Part shown: one piece after another, positions 27,426-37,086 of the stretch
How the letters are laid out: each line of letters opens with the position of its first letter
Numbering within the stretch: position 1 is the stretch's first letter
DNA from: Candidatus Poribacteria bacterium
GTDB taxonomy: Bacteria > Poribacteria > WGA-4E > WGA-3G
Direction: 5' to 3'
DNA: 64,000 bases
Assembly (NCBI GenBank): GCA_022827185.1
Contig: JAJDTM010000046.1
Location: 68,644-132,643 of the forward strand
The notes under the pieces: model-generated
What the model was told of the DNA's origin: nothing
Seen by the model: the letters and a program-made list of their open reading frames with translations, nothing else
Database searches by the model: none
Translations under genes and position numbers: made by a program

Positions 27426-28148
27426 TTGCTGACTGCTATTATAATTATTATGGCGAATTTTGCAGAGACGAAAGCACTTACGTTTGACCTATTCGGCACA
27501 ATTTTGGATTTAGGTGGCAGTCTTACGCCGTTCATTAGTGAATCGCTGGATGCCCACGCTGCGGTGGATGTGTCTGCGGACGAATTTTGGGCGCAGTGGC
27601 GTTACAGGCAGCGAATTGAGCAGTATCAGGACACAATTACAATGCTTGGGCATAGCGGTTATTTGGAAACGGTGCGGCGCGCTTTGCACTACACGCTGAG
27701 ACGCAACGGTATTGATGCCGCATCCGATACCGTGCAAGCGTTTATGCGCGGGTGGCAGCAGCTTTCTCCCTTTCCAGAGGTTTTGGCTGCGCTTTCGCGG
27801 CTACAGGCTCGGTATCAGTTAGTGGTGTTGTCTAATGGGGATCCATCGTTTTTAGAATATCTCGTTACAGAACGGGTCGTCTGGGATTTTGACGATGTGA
27901 TCTCGGTTACATCAGTCGGTGCGTTTAAACCACATCCGGCGGTCTATCGTGGTGCTGCGGGCAAGTTAGGACTTGAGGTCAACGAGTGTCTGATGGTGTC
28001 AGCGAATTCGTTTGACATCATGGGAGCGCGGGCGTGTGGCTATAAAGGTGCTTTTGTCAATCGTTATGAATTGCCGTATGAGGATACCTCGTACCAACCT
28101 GATGTAACGGTGCTCGATTTTACGGCGTTGGCGGAGGCATTGCTGTGA
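27426..28148 (+). CDS. HAD-superfamily hydrolase (haloacid dehalogenase type II-like)
   Basis: Motif I FDLFGTILD, plus motif III/IV-like residues. Confidence 0.7.
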   Translation: MLTAIIIIMANFAETKALTFDLFGTILDLGGSLTPFISESLDAHAAVDVSADEFWAQWRYRQRIEQYQDTITMLGHSGYLETVRRALHYTLRRNGIDAASDTVQAFMRGWQQLSPFPEVLAALSRLQARYQLVVLSNGDPSFLEYLVTERVVWDFDDVISVTSVGAFKPHPAVYRGAAGKLGLEVNECLMVSANSFDIMGARACGYKGAFVNRYELPYEDTSYQPDVTVLDFTALAEALL

Positions 28149-28170
28149 CGGCGGTTGCAGTGTGAGGGTG

Positions 28171-29520
28171 CTACCGATCCTTTTCAACCCGCGGACGAAA
28201 ACTGTGTCCCTTACTGTCAGTTAGGATCATCTCGGATAAATGCACTTTTATGGGTTTGACATCAATAACCTCAAAAGTGAGAGTGGCTAATCTACGGTTC
28301 GCGTTGCCGGCATGTGAAAGCGTGTAAGCGGCAAGTTTCACACGATTTGCAGACACAACTGGCGGTGTAAAAGATGATCTATCCGGTGGATAGTTGTCTT
28401 TATAGTTGACATATCGGAGAACTGTGGCATCAAACTCTACAGTTGCTTGATACGCCACCACGCTCGTTTTGCCTGAAGCGTTAAGAGTGAAAGTTAATAG
28501 TTCACCGACTTTTGGGGATTGAAGTGGGGTTGGTGAAATGCTCACAAGGGTCTGTTTTGCGGGGACAAGTGCCCACAATCCTACCGTGCCATCATCTCCT
28601 GCACTGGCAAGAGTTTTCCCATCTGGACTGAATGCAACATATTCAACCAGTGATGTATGTCCTGTGAAGGTTTTCAAGTGTGTGCTGTTAGCGGTATCCC
28701 ATAACCGAATCGTTTTATCTTTCTTGCCGCCTGTACTGGCAAGAGTTTTTCCGTCTGGACTGAATGCGACACTCAAAACATCAGATGTGTGTCCTTTGAG
28801 GGTCTTCAGATGTTTGCCAGTGGCGACATCCCACAGGCGGATGGTCCAGTCCCAACTGCCACTTGCGATTGTTTTTCCATCTGGACTGAATGCGATACTG
28901 GTGACACTTAATGTATGCCCTTCAAGGGTTTTCAACTGCACACCTGTGGCAATATCCCACACACGAATTATTTTATTCTTACCTCCGCTTGCAAGAATTT
29001 TACTATCTGGACTGAACGCTATTCCCCTAATATCATCCTTGTGTCCGATGAGAGTTTTCAAGTATTTACCTGTGGTAGTATCCCATAGGCGAATTGTAGC
29101 ATCCCAGCTGCCACTTGCGATTGTTTTCCCATCCGGGCTGAACGCAACGTGCCAGACCCTTGCCGTGTGTCCTTTGAGGATTTTCAGTAACTCGCCTGTG
29201 TCAGCGTCCCACAAACGGACGGTATTATCGCCACTACTACTCGCAATTATTTGCCCGTTGGGACTAAAAGCAACACTATAAACTGTATCTGTATGTCCTT
29301 TAAATCTTCTCGGTTGAGTGCCCGCGACAAGATTCCATACCCAAATTCTTTGGTCCCATCCACCACTTACGATTGTATTTCCATCTGGACTGAACGCAAC
29401 ACTCCTCACCCAAGACGTGTGTCCAAAAAGGAAATGTTGGTTTGTGGAATGTTGGCTGAATGCACATGGCGGGAAGGAGAGGATTGTTATCACCAAGATA
29501 CAAAGAAGTGTTGTTTTCAT
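28171..29520 (-). CDS. Secreted WD40-repeat protein with C-terminal cohesin-like beta-sandwich domain
   Basis: A signal peptide (start trimmed to ATG at 29520), seven canonical WD40 units (GHT..V.SVAFSPDG.TIASGS.D.TIRLWD), and a C-terminal domain homologous to the cohesin-like region of 30808..33687. Confidence 0.7.
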   Translation of the reverse strand: MKTTLLCILVITILSFPPCAFSQHSTNQHFLFGHTSWVRSVAFSPDGNTIVSGGWDQRIWVWNLVAGTQPRRFKGHTDTVYSVAFSPNGQIIASSSGDNTVRLWDADTGELLKILKGHTARVWHVAFSPDGKTIASGSWDATIRLWDTTTGKYLKTLIGHKDDIRGIAFSPDSKILASGGKNKIIRVWDIATGVQLKTLEGHTLSVTSIAFSPDGKTIASGSWDWTIRLWDVATGKHLKTLKGHTSDVLSVAFSPDGKTLASTGGKKDKTIRLWDTANSTHLKTFTGHTSLVEYVAFSPDGKTLASAGDDGTVGLWALVPAKQTLVSISPTPLQSPKVGELLTFTLNASGKTSVVAYQATVEFDATVLRYVNYKDNYPPDRSSFTPPVVSANRVKLAAYTLSHAGNANRRLATLTFEVIDVKPIKVHLSEMILTDSKGHSFRPRVEKDR

Positions 29521-29543
29521 GTTTGATTGTTTTCTTACTTGGT

Positions 29544-30509
29544 TCAAGGCTTCGTCTCGGTTTTCATCTTACCCCACGACGTAGTTAAGAGTTGTAGCGA
29601 GGGAGAGACAGGTAACTGCCTCGGATCGAACCAATTGCCGGAATGATTACCGCCATCTTTTGTGAGTTGTATGACCTTATGACGCTTCAAGTCGATTTTG
29701 AAGATTTGTGAATTGTTTCCAACGACACCCTCTGTATAAATAAGTTCATCGCCAGCGGGTGCCCAAGCAGGTGTGTTTGCGATCAACGATGTCATCCGGC
29801 TGAGATAACTCCCATCGCGATTAACAATGAATACGGACTGTTGCTGTTCTGCGGGTCGAAACCAGACGAAGGCGATTCTATTGTCAACGGGTGACCAGGC
29901 GGGATGAAACATTCTGGGGAAATCGTCGCGAAGCAGCGTCTCTTGTTTGTAGGTTTCTAAGTCGATAAATCGGATTTGGCGGCTTGCCCAGTGAATCTCA
30001 TCTGCTACAACAAAAGCGATTTCTGTTCCATCTGACGACCACGTTGGATACCCACTATGGACGTTCTTTAGATGTACAATCGGCTTTGCTGAAGTAGCGT
30101 CTGCCTTGGCAATATAAATGTTTATACTGCCTAAGTTGTGCTGTGAATAGGCAATACTTTTTCCATCTGGTGACCATGCAGGGTGGGTTCTATATGCCCG
30201 CGCGTTAGGGAAGAGTGGACGCACATTTCTTCCGTCCACGTCCATTAGATGAAGGTCCTGCGTTCCGTCGCGGTCGGATGTAAAGAGAATCTTATCGCCA
30301 GTTGGTGAGATGACGGGTTCTCGATCGACAGCACGGTCATAGGTTAATCTCTCCTGTCGAGTGCCATCGGGGTTCATCATGTAGATTTCCCAATTCCCAT
30401 CGCGATTTGATGAAAACACAATCTTTTCGGTCCTGAGCTGCTTGGCTGAAACAGGACATAGCAATCCGAGGATGAGGCAACAACAGATGAAAATGTTTCG
30501 CAATTTCAT
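29544..30509 (-). CDS. TolB-like periplasmic beta-propeller (PD40 repeat) protein
   Basis: A signal peptide and PD40 repeats (..PAWSPDGKSIAYS.. / ..PTWSSDGTEIAFV..). Confidence 0.65.
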   Translation of the reverse strand: MKLRNIFICCCLILGLLCPVSAKQLRTEKIVFSSNRDGNWEIYMMNPDGTRQERLTYDRAVDREPVISPTGDKILFTSDRDGTQDLHLMDVDGRNVRPLFPNARAYRTHPAWSPDGKSIAYSQHNLGSINIYIAKADATSAKPIVHLKNVHSGYPTWSSDGTEIAFVVADEIHWASRQIRFIDLETYKQETLLRDDFPRMFHPAWSPVDNRIAFVWFRPAEQQQSVFIVNRDGSYLSRMTSLIANTPAWAPAGDELIYTEGVVGNNSQIFKIDLKRHKVIQLTKDGGNHSGNWFDPRQLPVSPSLQLLTTSWGKMKTETKP

Positions 30510-30523
30510 GAGAGAACCCTTTA

Positions 30524-30596
30524 GGACTTACGCAAATTTATTTAACCCCCTAAATCCCGCTTATCAGGGGGACTTTAAGAGGCAATGCGTAAGTCC
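30524..30596. repeat. Composite element: family-A hairpin (30544-30578) nested between family-B inverted termini (GGACTTACGCA ... TGCGTAAGTCC)
   Basis: Read directly from the sequence. It is intergenic, between the TolB-like and the large WD40 gene. Confidence 0.65.
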
Positions 30597-30807
30597 TATC
30601 CTTTATATCACTTATTCTGTTGATGTTCAAGTACGTTTGGTAGGTAGGTATTGAGAAATGGATAGGTGCCGCTTGAAAATAAGGTTTATGCCCTCAATTG
30701 CGAAGATAATAACATATTCGTCAAAAAAAAGTCAAGAAAAAGTCAAATAATTCTTTTTCTTGACGGATTCTACTGAAAAACATATCTTTGGTTGTCGCTA
30801 ATGGACG

Positions 30808-33687
30808 TTACTTCATAATCAACATCTTTCGGGTTGCTGTGAAGTCTCCTGCTGTTAATGTATAGAAATATATACCGCTCGCAACGGGTTCACCGAGTTC
30901 ATTTTTGCCATCCCAATACGCTGCACGTGTCCGATCGTGATAGATACCTAACGGTTGATGTCCGAGAGTTAAGGTTCGCACGAGTTTTCCGTCTGCTGCA
31001 TGGATCGTAAGCGTGACATCCGCGGGTGCTGCCAACTGGTAGGGTATCCATGTCTCTGGATTGAATGGATTTGGATAGTTTGGGAGCAGTGTGGTCTCTT
31101 CTGGAGTTAGTGCTGCGAGGAGTTGTTGGAGGATTAAAATGCCGCGTTGGAAGGTTGGGTTTACAAGTCCGACCTGTTGTGCTTCACGTAGCCACTGTTG
31201 TACATCTTTTCCTGTGAACGGAATTGTCGTATTGCTTCTCCACGCTGCCGGCGCGCCTGCGGTGTCGGTTATTGCACCTGCGACCAAAGTGAGGTCAACG
31301 ATATTGACGATTCCATCTCCATTGACATCTGCTAAATTTTCACCTGTCTGCGAAAAGTTTGAGGCAACGAGTACTAAGTCTTGGATGTCAACCACACCAT
31401 TGCCATCCACATCGCCTACTGCAAGCGACGGTTCCGTTATTTGTCCGGTTTTAACGCGCGCGTACGAGATCCGACTTGTGCTATCAGTGAGAAGCACATC
31501 AGATAAGGTTAGCATAGATGCTTTAGGGGCGATGACCTCAAACGTAATGGTGGCGAGTGTCCCGGAACCGCTGACTTCGCCAGCAAAAGATGTTGCCGCG
31601 AGTGTCACTCTATTCTCTGTAGCAAGAACGGGTATAGCGAACGCGTCCGATAGCAGATAGTCGCCATTCGTACTTTCAAGATAACGGATGGCAGCGGGAT
31701 CAAACCGGATGGTTAATTGATAACCTGCCACAGCACTTCCGTCTGCGATATTGAGGGAAAAAGTTAATTGTTCGCCGATAGCGGGTGATTGTACTGGAGC
31801 TGGTGAAAAACTCACGGTTGCGTACATATTGGTTGGCGGCGTAAAGTTCCAAAGAAGCACTGTGCCATCTAAACTCCCACTTGCGAGCGTGTTTCCATCT
31901 GGACTGAAGGCGATGCTCAGGATACGATTTGTGTGTCCGGTGAGTGTTTGAACCTGTTCACCAGAAATCGTATCCCACAGCCCAATGGTGTCATCCCAGC
32001 TGGCACTTGCGAGCGTGTTCCCATCTGGACTGAAGGCGATATTAAGGACATAGTCCGTATGTCCAGTGAGGGTTCGCTTGTGTTCGCCGAAGACGGCATC
32101 CCATAGGCGGATGGTGCCGTCGTCACTCCCACTTGCGAGTGTATTCCCATCAGGGCTGAACGCAATGCTTCTGACATAATCCGTGTGTCCAATGAGTGTC
32201 TGCTGATGCTGCCCGGAGACAACATTCCATAGATGAATGATGCCATCAGCGTTGCTGCTTGCGAGTGTATTTCCATCAAGGCTGAATGCGATGCCTAAGA
32301 TGGCATTTGTATCCCTAACGAGTGTCCGCTGATATTCACCTGTGGTAGCATTCCATAAGCGGATTGTGTTATCTGAACTGCCACTTGCGAGCGTCCTACC
32401 ATCAGGGCTGAACGCGATATCTCTGACGGTATCTGTATGTCCGGTGAGTATTTGCGGGTCCTGCCCGGCGGTAATATTCCATAGACGAATAGTGCCGTCG
32501 TCACTTGCACTTGCGAGTGTATTTCCATCAGAGTTGAACGCAACTGCCCCGACCCAATCGGTATGTCCGGTCAGGATCTGCTGAGATACACCGGAGGTAG
32601 CATCCCACAGATGCACAGTGCCGTCCACGCTCCCACTTGCGAGCGTTTCTCCATCCGTACTAAATGCGACGCTACTGATATAATCCGTATATCCTGTGAG
32701 TGTTTGTCTGATACTTCCAAAGACAGCATCCCGCAGGAAGATTGTTCCATCTGCCCCAGCACTCGCAAGTGTTCCGCCGCTCGAGTTGAATGCAACGCTC
32801 AGTACAGTATCCGTATGTCCGGTGAGTGTTTGCTGACGCTGCCCCGAGGTTGTATCCCACAAATGGATAGTGGTATCAGCACTCCCGCTTGCGAGTGTAT
32901 TTCCATCAGGGCTGAATACGATGCTTAGGACAGCACGCGTATGTCCAGGCAACGCTCTCTGAAGCACGCCAAACGTAGCGTTCCATAAACGAATATTGCC
33001 ATCTCTGCTCCCGCTTGCGAGGTTCCCGCCAGTAGCATTGAAAGTGACACTATAAACCTCGTCCGTATGTCCTGGTAATACCCGGTGTTCCCCGGTGGTG
33101 ACGTTCCACAGACGGACAGTGCTGTCAGCACTTCCACTGGCAAGTGTTCCACCGGTTGCATTGAAAGCGATGCTGTAAACAGCATCCGTGTGTCCTGAGA
33201 ATGTCTGGTATTCACCTGTAGTAGTATTCCATAAGCGAATAGTGCTATCAGCACTTCCACTGGCAAGTGTCAGATTATCCGTGCCAAAAGCGACGCTATA
33301 AACCGCGCCCGTGTGTCCTGAGAATGCCTGTTGATGTTCACCTGTGGCGGCATTCCACAGATGGACGGTACCATCCCGACTACCACTTGCGAGCGTGGTG
33401 TTATCAGTGCTGAATGCGATGCTGCTGGCATCCTCTGTATGCCTCGTGAGCAGTGCGACTTCCTCATAAGTCTGTGTATTATAGAGCCAAATACCGATAG
33501 AGGTTGCGATTGCCAAACGCGTACTATCTGGCGAATACTTTAGTTCGTTGATCCACCCTTTACCGAGGCGTACTTTGGCACCTTGCGGTAAATTAAATGT
33601 TGAAGCCTCTTGGGCAAAACTGTTCAGTGGGTATGTGCTTAAACAGATCAATAACATCAAAAAAATCGAAAATAATATTTTTTTCAT
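30808..33687 (-). CDS. Secreted multi-WD40 (~14 repeats) protein with cohesin-like domain, dockerin (double Ca-binding loop) and Por_Secre_tail/FlgD-Ig-like C-terminal domain
   Basis: A signal peptide and repeated LTGHTD.V.SVAFS.DG.TLASGS.D.TIRLW units. The cohesin-like segment is G.QLTFSLNIADGSAVAGYQLTIRFDPAAI. The dockerin is DVDGNGVVDIQDLVLVA...DVNGDGIVNIVDLTLVAG. The C-terminus is LPNYPNPFNPETWIPYQL....YWDGKNELGEPVASGIYFY. Confidence 0.75.
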   Translation of the reverse strand: MKKILFSIFLMLLICLSTYPLNSFAQEASTFNLPQGAKVRLGKGWINELKYSPDSTRLAIATSIGIWLYNTQTYEEVALLTRHTEDASSIAFSTDNTTLASGSRDGTVHLWNAATGEHQQAFSGHTGAVYSVAFGTDNLTLASGSADSTIRLWNTTTGEYQTFSGHTDAVYSIAFNATGGTLASGSADSTVRLWNVTTGEHRVLPGHTDEVYSVTFNATGGNLASGSRDGNIRLWNATFGVLQRALPGHTRAVLSIVFSPDGNTLASGSADTTIHLWDTTSGQRQQTLTGHTDTVLSVAFNSSGGTLASAGADGTIFLRDAVFGSIRQTLTGYTDYISSVAFSTDGETLASGSVDGTVHLWDATSGVSQQILTGHTDWVGAVAFNSDGNTLASASDDGTIRLWNITAGQDPQILTGHTDTVRDIAFSPDGRTLASGSSDNTIRLWNATTGEYQRTLVRDTNAILGIAFSLDGNTLASSNADGIIHLWNVVSGQHQQTLIGHTDYVRSIAFSPDGNTLASGSDDGTIRLWDAVFGEHKRTLTGHTDYVLNIAFSPDGNTLASASWDDTIGLWDTISGEQVQTLTGHTNRILSIAFSPDGNTLASGSLDGTVLLWNFTPPTNMYATVSFSPAPVQSPAIGEQLTFSLNIADGSAVAGYQLTIRFDPAAIRYLESTNGDYLLSDAFAIPVLATENRVTLAATSFAGEVSGSGTLATITFEVIAPKASMLTLSDVLLTDSTSRISYARVKTGQITEPSLAVGDVDGNGVVDIQDLVLVASNFSQTGENLADVNGDGIVNIVDLTLVAGAITDTAGAPAAWRSNTTIPFTGKDVQQWLREAQQVGLVNPTFQRGILILQQLLAALTPEETTLLPNYPNPFNPETWIPYQLAAPADVTLTIHAADGKLVRTLTLGHQPLGIYHDRTRAAYWDGKNELGEPVASGIYFYTLTAGDFTATRKMLIMK

Positions 33688-33807
33688 TATGAGGTATAGA
33701 TGCTCCTATGTTTGGCTGCCGTGGTGTGTTGGCATACAAATTATAGACTCTTTTTCTAAGTGTGGCACGAAAGATAGTGTGGTATCAATTTTTGGTTTGA
33801 GGTAGAT

Positions 33808-34659
33808 TCAGGACCAGACGAACACTTCGTTATCGTCGGGAGAATATCCGATAAAAACCGCCAAGACGATTCGGGCGCGCGTGCCTTGCACAGGTGGTAC
33901 TTCATGGATACATCGCGTGTTGAAAAAGTAGAGATCGCCTTGCTGTAGATCGACCTGATAGTTCTCTATCCCATTTTCAGCGGCGTACCTGTCAAAGGTT
34001 TCCTCGGCGATATGGGGTTGAATTTCCTCGGACCAGAGGCACCGATGTAGGATGGCTTGTGTGCCTTTTCCGTTTTCGTCGGCGTTTTGGACGCATAGTA
34101 CGCCAGCAAACTGGTGTTCAAAACGATAAACTTCATAATTAGTGCGCTGCTCGCGGTACTTGACGTGATCGATGTGTGGCTTATAACTATGCGTTTCGTA
34201 ATGGACTCTGAAGATGGCGGGCCCGTAGCGTGCGCCATCGGGTTCACGCGCAGTTTTTACCTCTTTTCCCGGTGAAAGTGCTGTGAGCGAGTTGTAGATG
34301 AGATCGACTGGATCATCAAATCCATCAAATAGGAAGCTAAAGAGGTGTTCTGTTGCTTGCGCGTGTGCCAAAAATTTTGCCTTATCACTGCCACGATTAC
34401 CGAGGCTGGTGCCGATGTCAATGCGGGTGCGGTTATCAACGGAGTTGGTATCGGCTTCGTCGCGCATCAAGCCCATATTTGTGAACCGATGGATAAGCCC
34501 TTGGCACTGTGTCGGTGAATATGCATTTCGGAGAATGATGGCTGGCACTTCGGCTTGGGAGAGCGCGTAAATTGGATCGCTATAGGTTTGGCAAACTGTT
34601 TCAAGATCAGGCTCCGCTGGGAGCCAATTGCTTTGGGTACTCATGGGAACCTCCGTCAT
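33808..34659 (-). CDS. 2-oxoglutarate/Fe(II)-dependent oxygenase superfamily protein (putative)
   Basis: An HxD...H facial triad candidate (HIDHV ... IHEV). Otherwise there is little similarity I can name. Confidence 0.4.
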   Translation of the reverse strand: MTEVPMSTQSNWLPAEPDLETVCQTYSDPIYALSQAEVPAIILRNAYSPTQCQGLIHRFTNMGLMRDEADTNSVDNRTRIDIGTSLGNRGSDKAKFLAHAQATEHLFSFLFDGFDDPVDLIYNSLTALSPGKEVKTAREPDGARYGPAIFRVHYETHSYKPHIDHVKYREQRTNYEVYRFEHQFAGVLCVQNADENGKGTQAILHRCLWSEEIQPHIAEETFDRYAAENGIENYQVDLQQGDLYFFNTRCIHEVPPVQGTRARIVLAVFIGYSPDDNEVFVWS

Positions 34660-34714
34660 GAACTCCGTAGTAGGGTCGAGGTAACCTCGCCCCTACAGGT
34701 GCCGCTGCATACAT

Positions 34715-35554
34715 TTAGAAGCGCGGGTTGAAGAGATAATCGTAATCGTCTATTTTTTCTTTAGCGAAGTCAATAAACTCGGCATTATGGTCGAGATCAC
34801 TATTTTCAAAGGCGGCTTCGCATCCAGTTTTATACTTCAGTTTACGGTTGGATCCGAGCCAAGAGACACGGTGAATCATTGCTATCATGTGGCGAGGCTT
34901 GTCGGACGGGTTGGGGACACCTCGGTGCCAGAGTCGCATGTCTCGAATCAGGATGCTTCCCTTCTTCGCATTTCCACGAATGGGTGGCGCGATTTTACGG
35001 CGTGCCTCCTCTTCTTCAGCCTCTATGCCGCGCCCACTGACCACCAGATGTGAGCCTGGCCAGAGTTCAACACTGCCATTCTCCTCCGCTGTATCCTGAG
35101 GTGAAATATTAACAACGACCTCTGTGGTCGGGTGTGCGACCTCCTGATCTGGCCACAGATGGGCACCGTCTCTGTGGAGTGGTTGGGTTGTGCTACCGGG
35201 ACAGTTCGTATTGCCGTTGTAAAAGTTGTTATAGAGGCCGGGACCGAGAAGTTCTGTCGTTACTTGTATGACATAAGGATTCGCAACGATGTCTCTAAAG
35301 ATATAGGGTGCGAAAGGTGGGGGGCCCTGCTGAAGGTGCCCCTTAAGTCCGCCCGCCCCACCCCATTTTTCGGCTTTAATGAGGATCTGCGAATCTGCGT
35401 CCATCCGTTTGTGGAGAATGTCCAAGTGTTCATGGCTAACGACGTTTTCTAAGACCACATAGCCGTCGACGCGAATCGCCTTGACGGCTTGTTCCACATG
35501 GGCATCTGTCAATTTTTCTGCTTCTAATTCTTTCGGTTGAACGGTTATCTCCAT
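34715..35554 (-). CDS. Phytanoyl-CoA dioxygenase (PhyH) family 2OG/Fe(II) hydroxylase
   Basis: HxD (LHRDGAH) plus a distal His (LWHRG), and a size (~279 aa) consistent with PhyH/EctD-like enzymes. Confidence 0.6.
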   Translation of the reverse strand: MEITVQPKELEAEKLTDAHVEQAVKAIRVDGYVVLENVVSHEHLDILHKRMDADSQILIKAEKWGGAGGLKGHLQQGPPPFAPYIFRDIVANPYVIQVTTELLGPGLYNNFYNGNTNCPGSTTQPLHRDGAHLWPDQEVAHPTTEVVVNISPQDTAEENGSVELWPGSHLVVSGRGIEAEEEEARRKIAPPIRGNAKKGSILIRDMRLWHRGVPNPSDKPRHMIAMIHRVSWLGSNRKLKYKTGCEAAFENSDLDHNAEFIDFAKEKIDDYDYLFNPRF

Positions 35555-35568
35555 AATGTTGTTTTCCT

Positions 35569-36921
35569 TTACCCAAAAAATTCAACATAGAGGGCTTGAA
35601 CAGCGGTCTCCATATCTTCGGATTTTATACCGAACATCATGCTGACTTCGTTGGAACCTTGATTAATCATCTCAATGTTCACATCGGCACCGGCTAACGC
35701 ACTTGTGGCGCGGGAGGCGATGCCGACAGTGTGACGCATGCCTTCACCGACAACCATAATCAGAGCCAGGTTTCGTTCTACGAAGACGTCTTCAGGTGCA
35801 AGTGTTTGTCGAATTTGTTCAATAACCCTTTTTTCTTTCTGCACTGACAGGTTTTCTTCGCGGATAATGACTGACATGTTATCTATACCAGACGGAACGT
35901 GCTCAAAAGAGATTTCTTCGGCTTCCAGTATCTGCAATAATCGTCGGCCGAACCCGATTTGACGGTTCATCAGGTATTTGCTGAGATATATACAGCAGAC
36001 GTTCTCCATTGCAGCGATACCAACGACCGGAATGTCTGTTGATTTGCGGTTCGGGAGGATTCGGGTGCCATCTGCGTCTGGATTGTTAGTGTTTCGGATG
36101 TTAACAGGTACGTGTGCGCGATAGACGGGTTCAAGTGCTTCATCATGGAAGACAGAGAATCCGGCGTAAGAGAGTTCACGCATTTCACGATAGGTTAACT
36201 CGGCGATCGGTGTGGGGTTTTTAACGATAGACGGATTCGCCGCAAACACAGAATCGACATCGGTAAAATTCTCATACACCGCCGCCCGAACAGCACTTGC
36301 AAGGATAGCACCTGTGATGTCTGAACCGCCGCGCGAAAAGGTGACGATGTTTCCCTGTCTTGAGTAACCGAAGAAGCCGGGGAAGATAGTGATACCCGGA
36401 TGTTCTTGCAGCGTCCGCAGGCGATTATACGCTTCCGGTAAGACTTGTGCATTACCGGGTTCATCGGAAAGCAATAAACCCGCGTCCTTCGGATTCACAT
36501 AATGTGCATCTACACCGCGTGCCTGCAGCACTTGTGCGATAAGGCGTGCGCAGTTGTCTTCACCCCCTGCTTTCATTGTGTCCATATAGAGATCCGCATC
36601 AGTTGTACTATGTTCCAACCGTTCCGTCAGATCGCGGGCGATGGGTTCAACAACCTCTGCGGAGAGTCCTAATTCAGCGGCGATGCTTCGGTAACGTTCA
36701 ATCACTTCGGCGCATTCCGAGGCACCAAGTTTTCCAGCGAGACGTTGTGATGCTGCGGCAATGAGCAGATCGGTCACTTTGATGTCTTGGCTGTGCCGTT
36801 TTCCGGGTGCGGAGACGACGATGAGGCGGCGTCCCGGGTCAGCGGTGATGATGTCGCAAACTTGGCGCACTTGTTCCGCTGATGCGAGGGAACTCCCGCC
36901 AAACTTTGATACTTTTAACAA
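35569..36921 (-). CDS. lysC: Aspartate kinase
   Basis: An N-terminal KFGGSS motif, the amino-acid kinase fold and C-terminal ACT-like regions. Confidence 0.85.
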   Translation of the reverse strand: MLKVSKFGGSSLASAEQVRQVCDIITADPGRRLIVVSAPGKRHSQDIKVTDLLIAAASQRLAGKLGASECAEVIERYRSIAAELGLSAEVVEPIARDLTERLEHSTTDADLYMDTMKAGGEDNCARLIAQVLQARGVDAHYVNPKDAGLLLSDEPGNAQVLPEAYNRLRTLQEHPGITIFPGFFGYSRQGNIVTFSRGGSDITGAILASAVRAAVYENFTDVDSVFAANPSIVKNPTPIAELTYREMRELSYAGFSVFHDEALEPVYRAHVPVNIRNTNNPDADGTRILPNRKSTDIPVVGIAAMENVCCIYLSKYLMNRQIGFGRRLLQILEAEEISFEHVPSGIDNMSVIIREENLSVQKEKRVIEQIRQTLAPEDVFVERNLALIMVVGEGMRHTVGIASRATSALAGADVNIEMINQGSNEVSMMFGIKSEDMETAVQALYVEFFG

Positions 36922-36948
36922 TCCGGATCCTCCAATCTTTTATTTTCA

Positions 36949-37036
36949 GGACTTAAGCATTTTTCTATGATAACCTATGTATTACGCACTGCAGGTGGGG
37001 TTTCAAACCTCACCTGCAGTGGGGGCTGCGTAAGTC
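36949..37036. repeat. Family-B element, full copy
   Basis: GGACTTAAGCATTTTTCTATGATAACCTATGTATTACGCACTGCAGGTGGGGTTTCAAACCTCACCTGCAGTGGGGGCTGCGTAAGTCC. The stem is mutated relative to 26184 but complementarity is preserved. Confidence 0.7.
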
Positions 37037-37086
37037 CTAATTTTTTGTGACACCGTGAAGTCGTTTAGGGTTTCAGCGTGAATAAA

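Noticed and set aside
28538-29281. Plus-strand ORFs antisense to WD40 genes (28538..29281, 20679..21056, 21105..21374, 31091..31660, 32563..32928 and similar)
   Set aside because: These are low-complexity repetitive translations (SHNRTV..., VFPSGEYA...) that mirror the WD40 repeat periodicity on the opposite strand. They are artefacts of repeats.
14322-30578. Possibility that the recurring CCCCCTTATCAGGGGG elements form a CRISPR array
   Set aside because: Copies are 1-12 kb apart, separated by full-length genes. There are no regularly spaced short spacers and no cas genes. It is a dispersed repeat family, not CRISPR.
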